Below are positions 41,445 to 52,271 of a stretch of 64,000 nucleotides of DNA, one piece after another. The notes under the pieces are model-generated. The model had not been told where the DNA came from. It made no database searches and saw only the letters and a list, made by a program, of their open reading frames with translations. Origin of the DNA: an uncultured virus (IMG/VR IMGVR_UViG_3300032829_000007) (lineage: Duplodnaviria > Heunggongvirae > Uroviricota > Caudoviricetes); the IMG/VR virus record IMGVR_UViG_3300032829_000007; one strand, written 5' to 3'. Position numbers and translations under genes: made by a program. Position 1 is the first letter of the stretch. Every line of letters starts with the position of its first letter.

Positions 41445-42248
41445 ATGATTAAATCTTTAACCATATTTAAATCAACAAAAGGTTTTACCAGAAAACTTTA
41501 TCATCATAATAATAAAGATGTTACTTTTGAATTTTCACCCGATATAAATATTATTACAGGAAGAAATGGAAGTGGAAAAAGTATTTTATTAAAAATAATT
41601 AAAACTCATTGTTGTATTGATGATTCTACATACCCAACAATGGTTCATCCAGTAAATATTAGAAAAGGATTTTTTGAAAATGATTATTATACCATTCTTG
41701 AATATATTAATAAGAAATTAAAAAATTATAAATTTCCAAAATCTAAATTAGAATGGGATGGTAATATTATTCATTATTTAACACCAGAATATTTTAGTCC
41801 TAGTAATATGTGGGATAAATTAGATTCACCATATAAATTTGATAATAAAGAATTATATGGTATTGGAGATGTTATTTTAAATTTTATTGATAATAAATCA
41901 AAAGGTGAAAATGTTATTCAATTATTAAATAAAATTAATAATTTAAATATTCAATATAATGAACCATTAAAAGATGTTAATGATGTTTGGCAAAAAGCTG
42001 ATAATATTTTTCAAAATTGGTTAAATTCTTTTTCTAAAGAAGGAAAACCAACATTACTTATAGATGAATTAGATACAAATCTTGATTTAGATAATCAAAA
42101 ATATTATTGGGATTATATTCAATATTTAACTAAAAAATGGCAAGTAATTGTTATTAGTCATTCTATTTTTGCATTTAAAAAAGAAAATGTTAATCATATA
42201 AGATTAAATGAAGAATATTTTAATAAAATAAAAAAATTAAAAATATGA
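41445..42248 (+). CDS. ABC-type ATPase (stand-alone)
   Basis: GRNGSGKS Walker A, SKGE signature, LLIDELD Walker B, ISHS. Confidence 0.8.
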   Translation: MIKSLTIFKSTKGFTRKLYHHNNKDVTFEFSPDINIITGRNGSGKSILLKIIKTHCCIDDSTYPTMVHPVNIRKGFFENDYYTILEYINKKLKNYKFPKSKLEWDGNIIHYLTPEYFSPSNMWDKLDSPYKFDNKELYGIGDVILNFIDNKSKGENVIQLLNKINNLNIQYNEPLKDVNDVWQKADNIFQNWLNSFSKEGKPTLLIDELDTNLDLDNQKYYWDYIQYLTKKWQVIVISHSIFAFKKENVNHIRLNEEYFNKIKKLKI

Positions 42249-42618
42249 ATTATATATATAAAAATTTTATTTGACCACTTACAAAAGATGGAATAGAATA
42301 TCAAAAAAAACAAATTAAAATATCTAAATGTAAACATAAAAATTGGAATTGTGATAAACAAATAAGAGTTATTGAATGTAAAGAATGCGGTTTACGTGCA
42401 TGGATAGATGATTATATTGATTTATTTTAATAATAAATTTATGAAATATTGTGAAAATTGTGGCTGTAAAATTTTTAATGGAAAATGTGTTAATTGTCAT
42501 GAAGAATTATTCATTCTTGATCAATATTATGAAATAGGAATGAAATTACCAGATAAAAATTCTAATTTCATGAAAAAAGTAAAAGAACATGAACATGAAA
42601 AAGAAATAAATAATAAAA

Positions 42619-42849
42619 ATGGTATACACAGATAAAATACATTTGGTATCTGATTCAATTAATGAACTACATGAATTTGCTAATTTAATTGAATTAAAAA
42701 AGTATTACTATCATGGTTTTAAAAAGGAACATCCACATTATGATTTAACAAATAATGAAATTTTAAATAAAGCTATCAATAATGGAGCAATTATAAAAAA
42801 CTCAAAAGAAATATTATTAATAAGTAAAAAAAGTAAATTAAATAAATAA
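42619..42849 (+). CDS. DUF4031-like protein
   Basis: HLVSDS..ELHEFA..HPHYDL..GA. Confidence 0.75.
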   Translation: MVYTDKIHLVSDSINELHEFANLIELKKYYYHGFKKEHPHYDLTNNEILNKAINNGAIIKNSKEILLISKKSKLNK

Positions 42850-44357
42850 TTTAATATTATGGAAAAATCAAAAGAAGAAATTTTTTTAGAAAGATTAAAA
42901 TTATTAAAAAAGGATCAAGGATGTTTTTCATATACAAATGAAAAAAAATGTTATAATAATGCAATTAATGATACTATAGAATTATATGAAGAAATTATTT
43001 TAGGAATTAAAAAAAGAAAATATTCAAGTGGTAATACTGGTCCAAGATAAAATAATTAAACATTAATATAACAATTTTAATTTTTTTTCGTATTATATAA
43101 TGAAATATTTAAATTTAATATTATGAAAATTTTAATAAAATTGTTTTTTATTTTCCTTTGTTTTAATATTTATTTATCTTATTCTCAAATAAGAAATGAA
43201 GCAGTTATTGATAAGTTATTAAAAAATAAATTTAATGAAAATTACTTAAATACATATTGTATTCATTTTTATTATAATAATGAATTATATGTTTTATCTT
43301 ATGATTCTGATAAAGACTATAATAATTTATCTCAAAGACCTATTTTTTTATTTAAAAAAGATAGTAATAATTGGAAATATGCTTCAGAATTAATGTTTGT
43401 TTCAAATATTAATTATAATAATAGTATTGAATTTATGGATTATCCATATCCTAAAGCAGGAAATACCATTGTTAATATTTTAGATAATGATTGCGTGCTA
43501 TTATCAATGTCATATAGAGAAAATATTATGGGAAAAAATTATATATACCCCATTATTGTATTATTAATTCCAAATTTTAAAAATAATACATTTAAACATA
43601 TTATTTTTATACCTAATAGAAATAATAATAGATATGCTATTGATTTAAATGTTATTAACAATAATGAATATTCTATATTAATGAATGATAAAACTAATAT
43701 TAATATTAAATTTAATTTATTAAATTTAAATAATTTAAAATATAATATTGATTTTATTGATCAATTAGGAAATATTATGAATATAAATAATTAAATTATG
43801 GAAACATTAAAAACAGAAGATATGAAAAAATATATTGATTTTAAAAACTCAATATATAATATTTTAAATCAAAATATTGAAATTAATATAACATTAAATA
43901 ATGAAAATGGATATATAAATCCGATTAATATTTCATTAAATAGAATTTTAAATCAGCGTAGAATATATGCAATGACATATATTAATTCTAATTTAGATGA
44001 TGAAAATAAAAAATATGTAGAAGAAATAATATCTAAATTAAATGAAGAAATTATAAAAATAATAGGATTATATACATTATAAATAATTTAAAATATATGA
44101 AATATAAAGATAAAATTTTAATGTTATTAGAAATTATAGCATTATTATTTTTAGGCATTGCATTAATTTCTATTACATATAAAGTATATTTTATAATATT
44201 TCTTTGCTTTTTTGGTATTGGATTATCTATTTACCTAGCAAATATATTAAAATTTGATAAATATGAATGAAAAAATAGAACAAGGAATACCTTGTAAACA
44301 TTGTAAAACAATTCCTCATTATATACAATGGTGTAATGGCGGAGGAGAAGCTTATTA

Positions 44358-44579
44358 TACAATGAAAATAATGGATATTTTTGGTGCAATTATAAATTAT
44401 ATTGGACAAATTTTTATGAAAAATTTGATTTTAATTGGCAACAGGTTAGAGATATAACAAAGGATATGGTAGAAAACCATTTCAAATTGAAGGGAATTAT
44501 ACCCCATGAGTGTTTACGTTTATTACATATTAATGGTGGAAAACTATTTCAATTTGAAGGGAATTTTATTTTGAATTAA
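44358..44579 (+). pseudogene. 5'-truncated copy of the KELYLTYP family gene
   Basis: Frame YNENNGYFWCNYKLYWTNFYEKFDFNWQQVRDITKDMVENHFKLKGIIP lacks its start; about 75 nt before the repeat are identical to the 45392 gene. Confidence 0.7.
44468..44570 (+). CRISPR. CRISPR-like mini-array B (2 repeats, one 31-nt spacer)
   Basis: Repeats 44468-44503 and degenerate 44535-44570. Confidence 0.7.
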
Positions 44580-44639
44580 CCTAATATTTAAAAAGAAAAT
44601 AAATAAAAAAAATAATTAAATTATGATTTAAATAATATT

Positions 44640-45395
44640 ATGAATAATAAATATAATTTTCCTGACTTATTAAAAAAGATTACATTTAGAACAACAACAT
44701 ATAATAAAAATTTTGATATTATTGGAAAATATGAATCTTTTATAACAGAACATACTGGTGTTATATCATTGGTTAGAATCGGTGAAGAAAAACCAGCTAC
44801 TCAAATTGGAGAATATTATATTAGTTCATTTAATTTTGAATTAGCTAAAAAATGTGATATTGATTTAACCAAATCAATATTAAAGCATAAAAATGAAGAT
44901 TCTTATAATGATTTAATAAATTTAATAAAAAATAATGAACTTAATTTAGAAAATTATAATAAAATTATATATATCAATAATTTTATTATAAAACCAGAAT
45001 ATAGAAAAAAGGGTATTACAGAAGAATTTATTGAATATTTATTTAGAAATTTTTATGATAAAAAATCATTAATAATTTGTTTAGTTAAACCATTTCAATT
45101 AATAAATGATGATTATGATTATTTTTTAAAAACAAAAAAAATAGAAGTAAAATCATTTATTGGAGAAAAATCATATAAAATAGTATCAGCTAAAGAATAT
45201 TATTCATTAGATGATTTAAAAAATGTTAAAGATATTGAATTAAATAAATATAAATTATTTGCATTAGCTGTTAAATGCGGATTAAACAGAATTAATGATA
45301 GTTATATATTTGCATTTAATCCTAAAAATGAACTAATAAAAAATATTAAATTAAAAGCTAAAGAAAAAATAAAAGATAATTTATTTAATAAATGA
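44640..45395 (+). CDS. GNAT-fold-like protein
   Basis: YINNFIIKPEYRKKGI acetyl-CoA-binding-like motif. Confidence 0.5.
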   Translation: MNNKYNFPDLLKKITFRTTTYNKNFDIIGKYESFITEHTGVISLVRIGEEKPATQIGEYYISSFNFELAKKCDIDLTKSILKHKNEDSYNDLINLIKNNELNLENYNKIIYINNFIIKPEYRKKGITEEFIEYLFRNFYDKKSLIICLVKPFQLINDDYDYFLKTKKIEVKSFIGEKSYKIVSAKEYYSLDDLKNVKDIELNKYKLFALAVKCGLNRINDSYIFAFNPKNELIKNIKLKAKEKIKDNLFNK

Positions 45396-45814
45396 ATAAA
45401 ATATATTTAAAAGAATTATATTTAACATATCCTATTAAGGATTTATTTCATCAACTAACAAGAGATCTTGTTATTAAAGTTGATAATGATAAATTTCCAA
45501 ATTATATATTTTATTTTAATGATAATAATTGCATTTTTGAATACAATAAAGAAAGTGGAAATTTTTATTGTAATTATAAATTATATTGGACAAATTTTTA
45601 TGAAAAATTTGATTTTAATTGGCAACAGGTTAGAGATATAACAAAGGATATGGTAGAAAACCATTTCAAATTGAAGGGAATTACACCGCAACAATGGTAT
45701 TGTCTATGGAGCAACATGGTAGAAAACCATTTCAAATTGAAGGGAATTACACCTTTATGGCTAAAATCTAATCGATACTTTTGGGTAGAAAACCATTTCA
45801 AATTGAAGAATTAA
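45392..45814 (+). CDS. KELYLTYP family protein translated through its array
   Basis: VENHFKLK x3 separated by spacer-encoded decapeptides. Confidence 0.75.
   Translation: MNKIYLKELYLTYPIKDLFHQLTRDLVIKVDNDKFPNYIFYFNDNNCIFEYNKESGNFYCNYKLYWTNFYEKFDFNWQQVRDITKDMVENHFKLKGITPQQWYCLWSNMVENHFKLKGITPLWLKSNRYFWVENHFKLKN
45652..45808 (+). CRISPR. CRISPR-like mini-array C (GGTAGAAAACCATTTCAAATTGAAGGGAATTACACC)
   Basis: Identical repeats 45652-45687 and 45718-45753, truncated third at 45784; two 30-nt spacers. Confidence 0.8.
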
Positions 45815-46319
45815 TGGACGATATAAAAATATATAAAATAAATTTTAATTTATTTTAATAATTAAAAAATTTTAATTAACTTTGTAACTTAAATTTTAAT
45901 ATAATAAAACAATGAATTTAATAAATAAAATTTTTCAAAGACGTTATCGTATTGTTGCATATAATAATAGAATGTATAAAGACTATAGATTTATAAATAG
46001 TCAGAAATATACATATTTTGGAGTAAAAGAATGGATTGAAAAAAATGGTGATAGGGATAGATATTTATATAATTTTTATGATATAATAACAAAAACTCTT
46101 TTATATAATTATGAAAAAATGATTAAAGAATATGAAGAAGTAAAAAAGGTTATTAATGATTATAGAATTAATGGTAAGCATGAAGAAACTCTATTAAATT
46201 ATATTTTTAATTTTAAAAATAAATGGGAAAAACATTACTCAAAAAAAGCACCGCAAATATATTTTGAAGATTTAATGGTTTTATATAATGAAAAATTTAA
46301 ATATTATAAAAAATATTAA

Positions 46320-46733
46320 ATGAATAAAATATTATTAAAAGAATTATATTTAATATATCCTGTTGAGAATTTATTTCATCAACTAACAAGAGATCTTGTT
46401 GTTAAAATTGATAAAGATAAATATCCTAATTGGGTATATTATTTTAATAATGATAATAATTGTATTTTTGAATACAATACAAAAAATGGAGATTTTTGGT
46501 GTAATTATAAAAAATATTGGACAATTTTTTATGAAAAATTTGGTTTTAATTATAATCAAATCAAATATTTAACAAAAGATATGGTAGAAAACCATTTCAA
46601 ATTGAAGAGAATTACACCCCTGTATCAGCAATTTGATGAGAATGGCCTAGGTAGAAAACCATTTCAAATTGAAGGTAATTATACCAGAATTAATGATATT
46701 AAAACAAGTGATATAAATAAAAATTTATTTTAA
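46320..46733 (+). CDS. KELYLTYP family protein, array-associated
   Basis: Close paralog of 28162 and 45392; the 31-nt spacer shifts the frame in repeat 2. Confidence 0.75.
   Translation: MNKILLKELYLIYPVENLFHQLTRDLVVKIDKDKYPNWVYYFNNDNNCIFEYNTKNGDFWCNYKKYWTIFYEKFGFNYNQIKYLTKDMVENHFKLKRITPLYQQFDENGLGRKPFQIEGNYTRINDIKTSDINKNLF
46583..46685 (+). CRISPR. CRISPR-like mini-array D (2 repeats, one 31-nt spacer)
   Basis: Repeats 46583-46618 and 46650-46685. Confidence 0.75.
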
Positions 46734-46768
46734 AATTAAATATTTAAATTAAATAAAACTTATAAATT

Positions 46769-48685
46769 ATGATAGATATTAATGTTATTAATGAAAAAAA
46801 GAATAAGTTAGAAGAAATAAAAATAGTACTTAAAGAAAAATTTATTGGGATTGATGATATTATTGATAAAATAATTAATTCAATAAGTTTATGGTATTTA
46901 ATTCCCGAATTTCAATTAAGACCATTAATTGTAAATTTATGGGGTATTACTGGTGTTGGAAAAACAGATCTTGTAAGAACTCTTGTTAAATTATTAAATT
47001 TTAATAATAAATTTATTGAAATTCAATTAGATATTAAAGATGATTATAATAGAAACATACAAGATTATTTAGAAACTATGAATCTTGAAACAGATGAACC
47101 ATCAATATTGTTATTAGATGAAATGCAACGTTTTAGAAGTGTTGATGAAAATGGTAAAATGCTTGAAACAAAATATTTTAATGATATTTGGATGTTATTA
47201 TCAGATGGTAAATTTCAAAATGATTTTAAAAGAAAAAATGAAATTTTATCAATGTTTTTTGATGAATTATATTATTCAGATGATAATAAAACAAAAACAT
47301 CTAAAAATGAAGAAGATCTACCTGCAAATGAAGATAAAATAGTAAAATCATCAAAATTAAAATATTATACATCATATTGGAGTGCCAATAAATTAAAAAA
47401 ATTATTGAAAAATAATTTATCTATCGAAGATATAATGAAGTTAAATGTCAATGAAAAAATAACTTTACTTCAAAATAGTTTATCTGATGATAATATTAAT
47501 GAAGGAAAAACATATTCTAAAATGCTTATTTTTGTATCAGGTAATTTAGATGAAGCTTATTATATGGCTGATAATGTTGATGAATGTGAACAAGATGCAG
47601 ATATATACAATGCTTTATCTAAGAATATAACATTAATTAATATAAAAAATGCTTTATTAAAAAAATTCAAACCGGAACAAATAGCAAGATTAGGTAATAA
47701 TCATATAATATATCCATGTTTAAGTAAAAATGATTATTATAATATAATAAAAAAATATACAAATCAAACATTAAATAATATTTCTAAAAAAAATAATACA
47801 AATATAAGTGTTACAGATATTATATATGATATAATTTATAGAAACGGTGTATTTCCAACACAAGGAGTAAGGCCAGTTATTTCATCGATATCAAATATTA
47901 TTGAATGTAATATTCCTTATTTTTTATTTATAGCTTTTGAAAATAATGTTAATAATTTTATTATTGATTTTGATATTAATACTAATGAATTATTTGCAAT
48001 AATAAAAGAAAAAAAATATGCAAAAAAAATAACATTAGATATTGATAGTATTAGAAAAAATAAATCAATAGATGAAAAAATATTAATTCTTGTCCATGAA
48101 TTAGGACATGCATTAGCTCATGCATTATTATATAATATACCACCTAAACAAATTAATCTTAATGCTGTTGGATTTTCTAATGGTTTTATTATTAATCAAT
48201 CAACAATAGATAATAGAACATTTTTATTAAATAAAATAATGATAGCATTAGCTGGTCTAGTTGCTGAAGAATTTATTTTTGGCAATGACTATAAATCAAA
48301 TGGATGTTCTATGGATTTAAAAATGGCTACATCTGTTGCTGGTAAATATATTAGAAATTATGGAATGAATGGGACAATATCATATATTTCTCCTGTTGAA
48401 AGAGGACAATTTGAATATGATTTAAATTATGATGTATCTATAAGTAATAATGAAATTGAACATATTTTAGTTGAACAAAAAAAGAAAATTGAAGAATTAT
48501 TTAAAAATAATATTAAATTATTTAAAAAATTATTAAATTTTGCAATATCAAATAATAATACTATTGAAATTAAAGATTTTGTTAAAATATGTAATGATAA
48601 TAATTTAAATATTATTGATTTAAATGTTGATGATAAAATAATTTATAAATATAGTGATAAATTACAGAAATTTTTAAATAATTAA
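46769..48685 (+). CDS. AAA+ ATPase fused to M41 (FtsH-type) peptidase domain, no membrane anchor
   Basis: GITGVGKT, LLLDE, FKPEQIARLG, HELGH, LAGLVAEEFIFG, GCSMDL. Confidence 0.8.
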   Translation: MIDINVINEKKNKLEEIKIVLKEKFIGIDDIIDKIINSISLWYLIPEFQLRPLIVNLWGITGVGKTDLVRTLVKLLNFNNKFIEIQLDIKDDYNRNIQDYLETMNLETDEPSILLLDEMQRFRSVDENGKMLETKYFNDIWMLLSDGKFQNDFKRKNEILSMFFDELYYSDDNKTKTSKNEEDLPANEDKIVKSSKLKYYTSYWSANKLKKLLKNNLSIEDIMKLNVNEKITLLQNSLSDDNINEGKTYSKMLIFVSGNLDEAYYMADNVDECEQDADIYNALSKNITLINIKNALLKKFKPEQIARLGNNHIIYPCLSKNDYYNIIKKYTNQTLNNISKKNNTNISVTDIIYDIIYRNGVFPTQGVRPVISSISNIIECNIPYFLFIAFENNVNNFIIDFDINTNELFAIIKEKKYAKKITLDIDSIRKNKSIDEKILILVHELGHALAHALLYNIPPKQINLNAVGFSNGFIINQSTIDNRTFLLNKIMIALAGLVAEEFIFGNDYKSNGCSMDLKMATSVAGKYIRNYGMNGTISYISPVERGQFEYDLNYDVSISNNEIEHILVEQKKKIEELFKNNIKLFKKLLNFAISNNNTIEIKDFVKICNDNNLNIIDLNVDDKIIYKYSDKLQKFLNN

Positions 48686-48906
48686 AAAATAAATATTATG
48701 AGTGTAAGTTTAAGATGTCCAAATTGTGATAATGTCATTGGTGAAGCAAGCCATGAAGATAATTATAAAGAAAATTTTTATTATAAAAATGAAAATGGAG
48801 AACCAATATGTAAAAATTGTGGTACTGGAATTGTTAAAAATCCCGAAGGAAAAATTTTAATTATTGCTATTTCTTTAATATTAATATTTATAGCTCTTGC
48901 AATATT

Positions 48907-49461
48907 TTGTCAATGATAAATTTTAAAATATATTATAATAATTTATTAGATAAATTTATTGAATTAGGTTATTCTGAAGAAATTGAATGGCAACGTAATT
49001 TAAAGCCTTGTGATAATGATTTTAATTTTATGAAAGAAACATGTTGGGTAATATTAAATAGTGGAATGAAAGAACAAATAGCAAGAAAAATTTGGATTAA
49101 AATTATAGATGCATGGAATAATGGAAAAGAAACATCTGAAGTTTTTAATCATAAAGGAAAAGTTTCAGCATTAAATTATGTACGTGAAAATTATAATAAA
49201 TTATTTGATGATTATATTATCTCAGATGATAAAATTAAATTTTTACAAACAATTCCATATATTGGTAAAATAACTTGTTATCATTTAGCAAAAAATTTAG
49301 GACATGATTGTATTAAACCAGATAGACATTTAGTACGTATAAGTAATCAATTTAATATGACACCAGATGAATTATGTGAACAAATAAGTTTAGAAACAGG
49401 TGAAAAAAAATCAGTTATAGATATTGTTATTTGGAGATCTTGTAATCTTAAACTAATATAA
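48907..49461 (+). CDS. HhH-type DNA glycosylase-like protein
   Basis: LQTIPYIGKITCYHLAKNLG..KPDRHL..DIVIW. Confidence 0.65.
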   Translation: MSMINFKIYYNNLLDKFIELGYSEEIEWQRNLKPCDNDFNFMKETCWVILNSGMKEQIARKIWIKIIDAWNNGKETSEVFNHKGKVSALNYVRENYNKLFDDYIISDDKIKFLQTIPYIGKITCYHLAKNLGHDCIKPDRHLVRISNQFNMTPDELCEQISLETGEKKSVIDIVIWRSCNLKLI

Positions 49462-50482
49462 ATGAAATATTAAAAATATAATTTACGTAAAATAAAAAAA
49501 ACATAAAATGGAAAATATTGATATCAATTGTGAAGATTATGTAGGATTAACATTAGATGATGCTATTAAATTAGCTAAAAAAAATGATTTAGAATTTAGA
49601 ACAGTAAAAAAAGATAATATTGATTATATTATAACATGTGATCTACATTTAGATAGATTAAATTTTAAAGTAAAAAATAATATTATTATAGAATGTGATT
49701 TAGGATAAAAATTTTAAATAAAAAAATATTTTATTAAGAGAATATTATAATGAAAATTTAAGAATACAACATTGTAATACAGGAAGAAAATCTATTATAA
49801 CTGATGAAGAATTTAAAAAATATGTAGAAATATTTGTCAAATATGATTTAGATTTTAAATTATTTCCATCTAATCATCCGCAATTTCCGAATTTGTCGAT
49901 GGCAAGAACAATAGGTGATTATTTTGATTTTGAAGCAAAAGTTCATGGTTTTAATACATATAATGAATTTGTAAAATGGAAATATGAAGAAGGACCTTGG
50001 AAACCATCTGGATTATTATTTTATGCGGATTTTAAATATGAAAATTAAATATGATAAAAATTATTACTTATATTAAAAATTTATTTATTAATTATAAAAT
50101 TAGTAAAGTAAAATTAAATACTGTTTTTGATTGCGAAGGAAATTTTTATACTATTACAATTCCTGATACATCTAGTAGTAATTCGAATTTAAATAATGAT
50201 AGATCTATATTTGAAATTATTAAATTATAAAATATAATTATGGAAAAAGAAAAATTAATAAAAGGATATAATCTTTTAAATGAAATTAATAATTTAAAAA
50301 ATTATAAAAAATTTTTAGATAAATCTGAATGTGTTCATTTTGAAATTTTATTAAACTATAAAGATTATCCTAATAATAGTGATAGAATTCAAATTGATAA
50401 AAAGCATAATAAAATGTTATTTGAAATAATTGATAAAATAATATTAGATTTAGAAAAAGAAGTTGAGTTATTATAAATAAAA

Positions 50483-50511
50483 AAATCCTAATTTTTTATA
50501 ATTAGGATTTA
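50483..50511. terminator. Bidirectional terminator at convergent junction
   Basis: AAATCCTAATT/AATTAGGATTT hairpin between plus- and minus-strand gene blocks. Confidence 0.65.
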
Positions 50512-50517
50512 AATTTT

Positions 50518-50631
50518 TTAAAATCTACCAGCTGGTGTTGGTGCTGGTGTTGGATCTGTTGGAGCGGGACTTGGAGTTGGCTCAGGTTGTCCTGGTCCTG
50601 CTTCTTTTGGTTTGTTAAATAAAAATTTCAT
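50518..50631 (-). CDS. 37-aa Pro/Thr-rich peptide MKFLFNKPKEAGPGQPEPTPSPAPTDPTPAPTPAGRF
   Basis: GC-rich ORF absent from the supplied track; AATTATG start context, late-type motif at 50662-50671, terminator downstream. Confidence 0.65.
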   Translation of the reverse strand: MKFLFNKPKEAGPGQPEPTPSPAPTDPTPAPTPAGRF

Positions 50632-51141
50632 AATTATGATTTATATATTAAAATTATTTTTTATAAATAGTTTTTTATTTATTATCACGATACTTTAAAT
50701 ATACTTTTTTATCAATTCTATAAAATTTTTTTTGTAATAAACTTCTATTGCTTAAATAAAATATTGTGTCATTATCATCATGTCTCTTCATAAAACTTAT
50801 AATTCTTTTCCAAAATTCCAATCTAATTTTTAATTCTTTAATACTATATATATTTTTTGGCCTTGTTTTTAAATTTGAGCAGTTATAATTAAAAGAAGAA
50901 TAATTATCGTAATCATTAAAAATACAATATTTACTACAATTTTTATTTTTTAAATAAACAGTACAAACAGGACATTTTTTTGTAAAAACTTTAATATTAT
51001 ATTCAGATCTTAATTCTTCAGAATTTAATTTATTATTGATAATAAATTTTATTTGCTTATATACATCATTACATATATCTAAAATTTTTTGTTTTTCAGT
51101 CATAATTATAAAAATAATTATACTATTTTAAAATATATATT

Positions 51142-51867
51142 TTATTTATTATTAATATTTAATTTAAGAGTTTCTAAATAATTCTTACCCAATATTTTTT
51201 CTATATCTTTATTAGAATATCTTAATTTATTTTCTTCAACATATTTTTTTGCATTTTCTTTATGATACCAACATTTCCTATCTAAACAATCATTATTTTT
51301 TTTCCATAATATAAAACAATATGCAGGCGTTTTACTATCAATTAAAAAACAAGGATTATTGTCTGTTGTATCATATAATAATTCTTGTTCATCAAATATT
51401 TCAACGCCATCTTCAGTTGTTAATAATGGTTCTTTAAATTTTTCTATATATTCAATATATTGATTAATATTATTTTCAAAATTTACAACTGTAATACCAT
51501 ATTTTTCAAAAAATCTAAATTCATTAATAATAAATGATTTATTATCAGCATTTTTTACTTTATCTCCAATTGTAAAAATTTCATTTTTATTTTTAGCAAC
51601 TTGATAAATTTCAATACCACCAGAATTTACACAATTTCTAGAATAAAGCATATCATTTAAAGTATAGGGATAACAATCATCATTTAAATAATAATTATTA
51701 TCGTTTATTGTATACAACAATGTATTTTTAAGCTGTTTATCTCTAAATGATATAATTTTAGGATACGGATTTAAAATTTCTTTATCAATATCATCCTTTT
51801 TAAAATTATTCATTTCATCTTCTGTTAGCATGAAATATTTTACATTATCAAATATAATTTCTTTCAT
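51142..51867 (-). CDS. Hypothetical protein, paralog of 38147..38878
   Basis: Shared motifs with the 38147 ORF. Confidence 0.6.
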   Translation of the reverse strand: MKEIIFDNVKYFMLTEDEMNNFKKDDIDKEILNPYPKIISFRDKQLKNTLLYTINDNNYYLNDDCYPYTLNDMLYSRNCVNSGGIEIYQVAKNKNEIFTIGDKVKNADNKSFIINEFRFFEKYGITVVNFENNINQYIEYIEKFKEPLLTTEDGVEIFDEQELLYDTTDNNPCFLIDSKTPAYCFILWKKNNDCLDRKCWYHKENAKKYVEENKLRYSNKDIEKILGKNYLETLKLNINNK

Positions 51868-52271
51868 AATTTTTTATTTTATTAATTTAAATTTTCAAGT
51901 TTTTTAGATAAAAATTTTAAACAAATATCTTTATTACAGTTTATAAATTTATTTGTTTTATATTCATATATGATTTTATATTTATGTATTGGGTATTCTA
52001 TTGATGGTAATAATTTAATTTTATTATTTTTATTCCAATTAAATTTTAAAAATTTCATAATTTTTTATTTTAATAAATATTATTTAATATTGCTCTCATC
52101 ACTTCTTTACATTCAAATTCTATCATACTTTGTTCTTTATTGTCTAATAATCCAAAATTATGTCTATAACTTAAATAAACATTAAATAAAAATTGTTTAT
52201 TAGAAAATAATTCATTTAATCTATTTTTTAATTCTTTTTATTTGATGGTAATAATATTAATTCATAATTAT

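Noticed and set aside
28162..46733. Diversity-generating retroelement explanation for the paralog family
   Set aside because: Variable segments are wholly unrelated 30-mers between constant repeats, not adenine-specific variants of a template, and no reverse transcriptase is in the window
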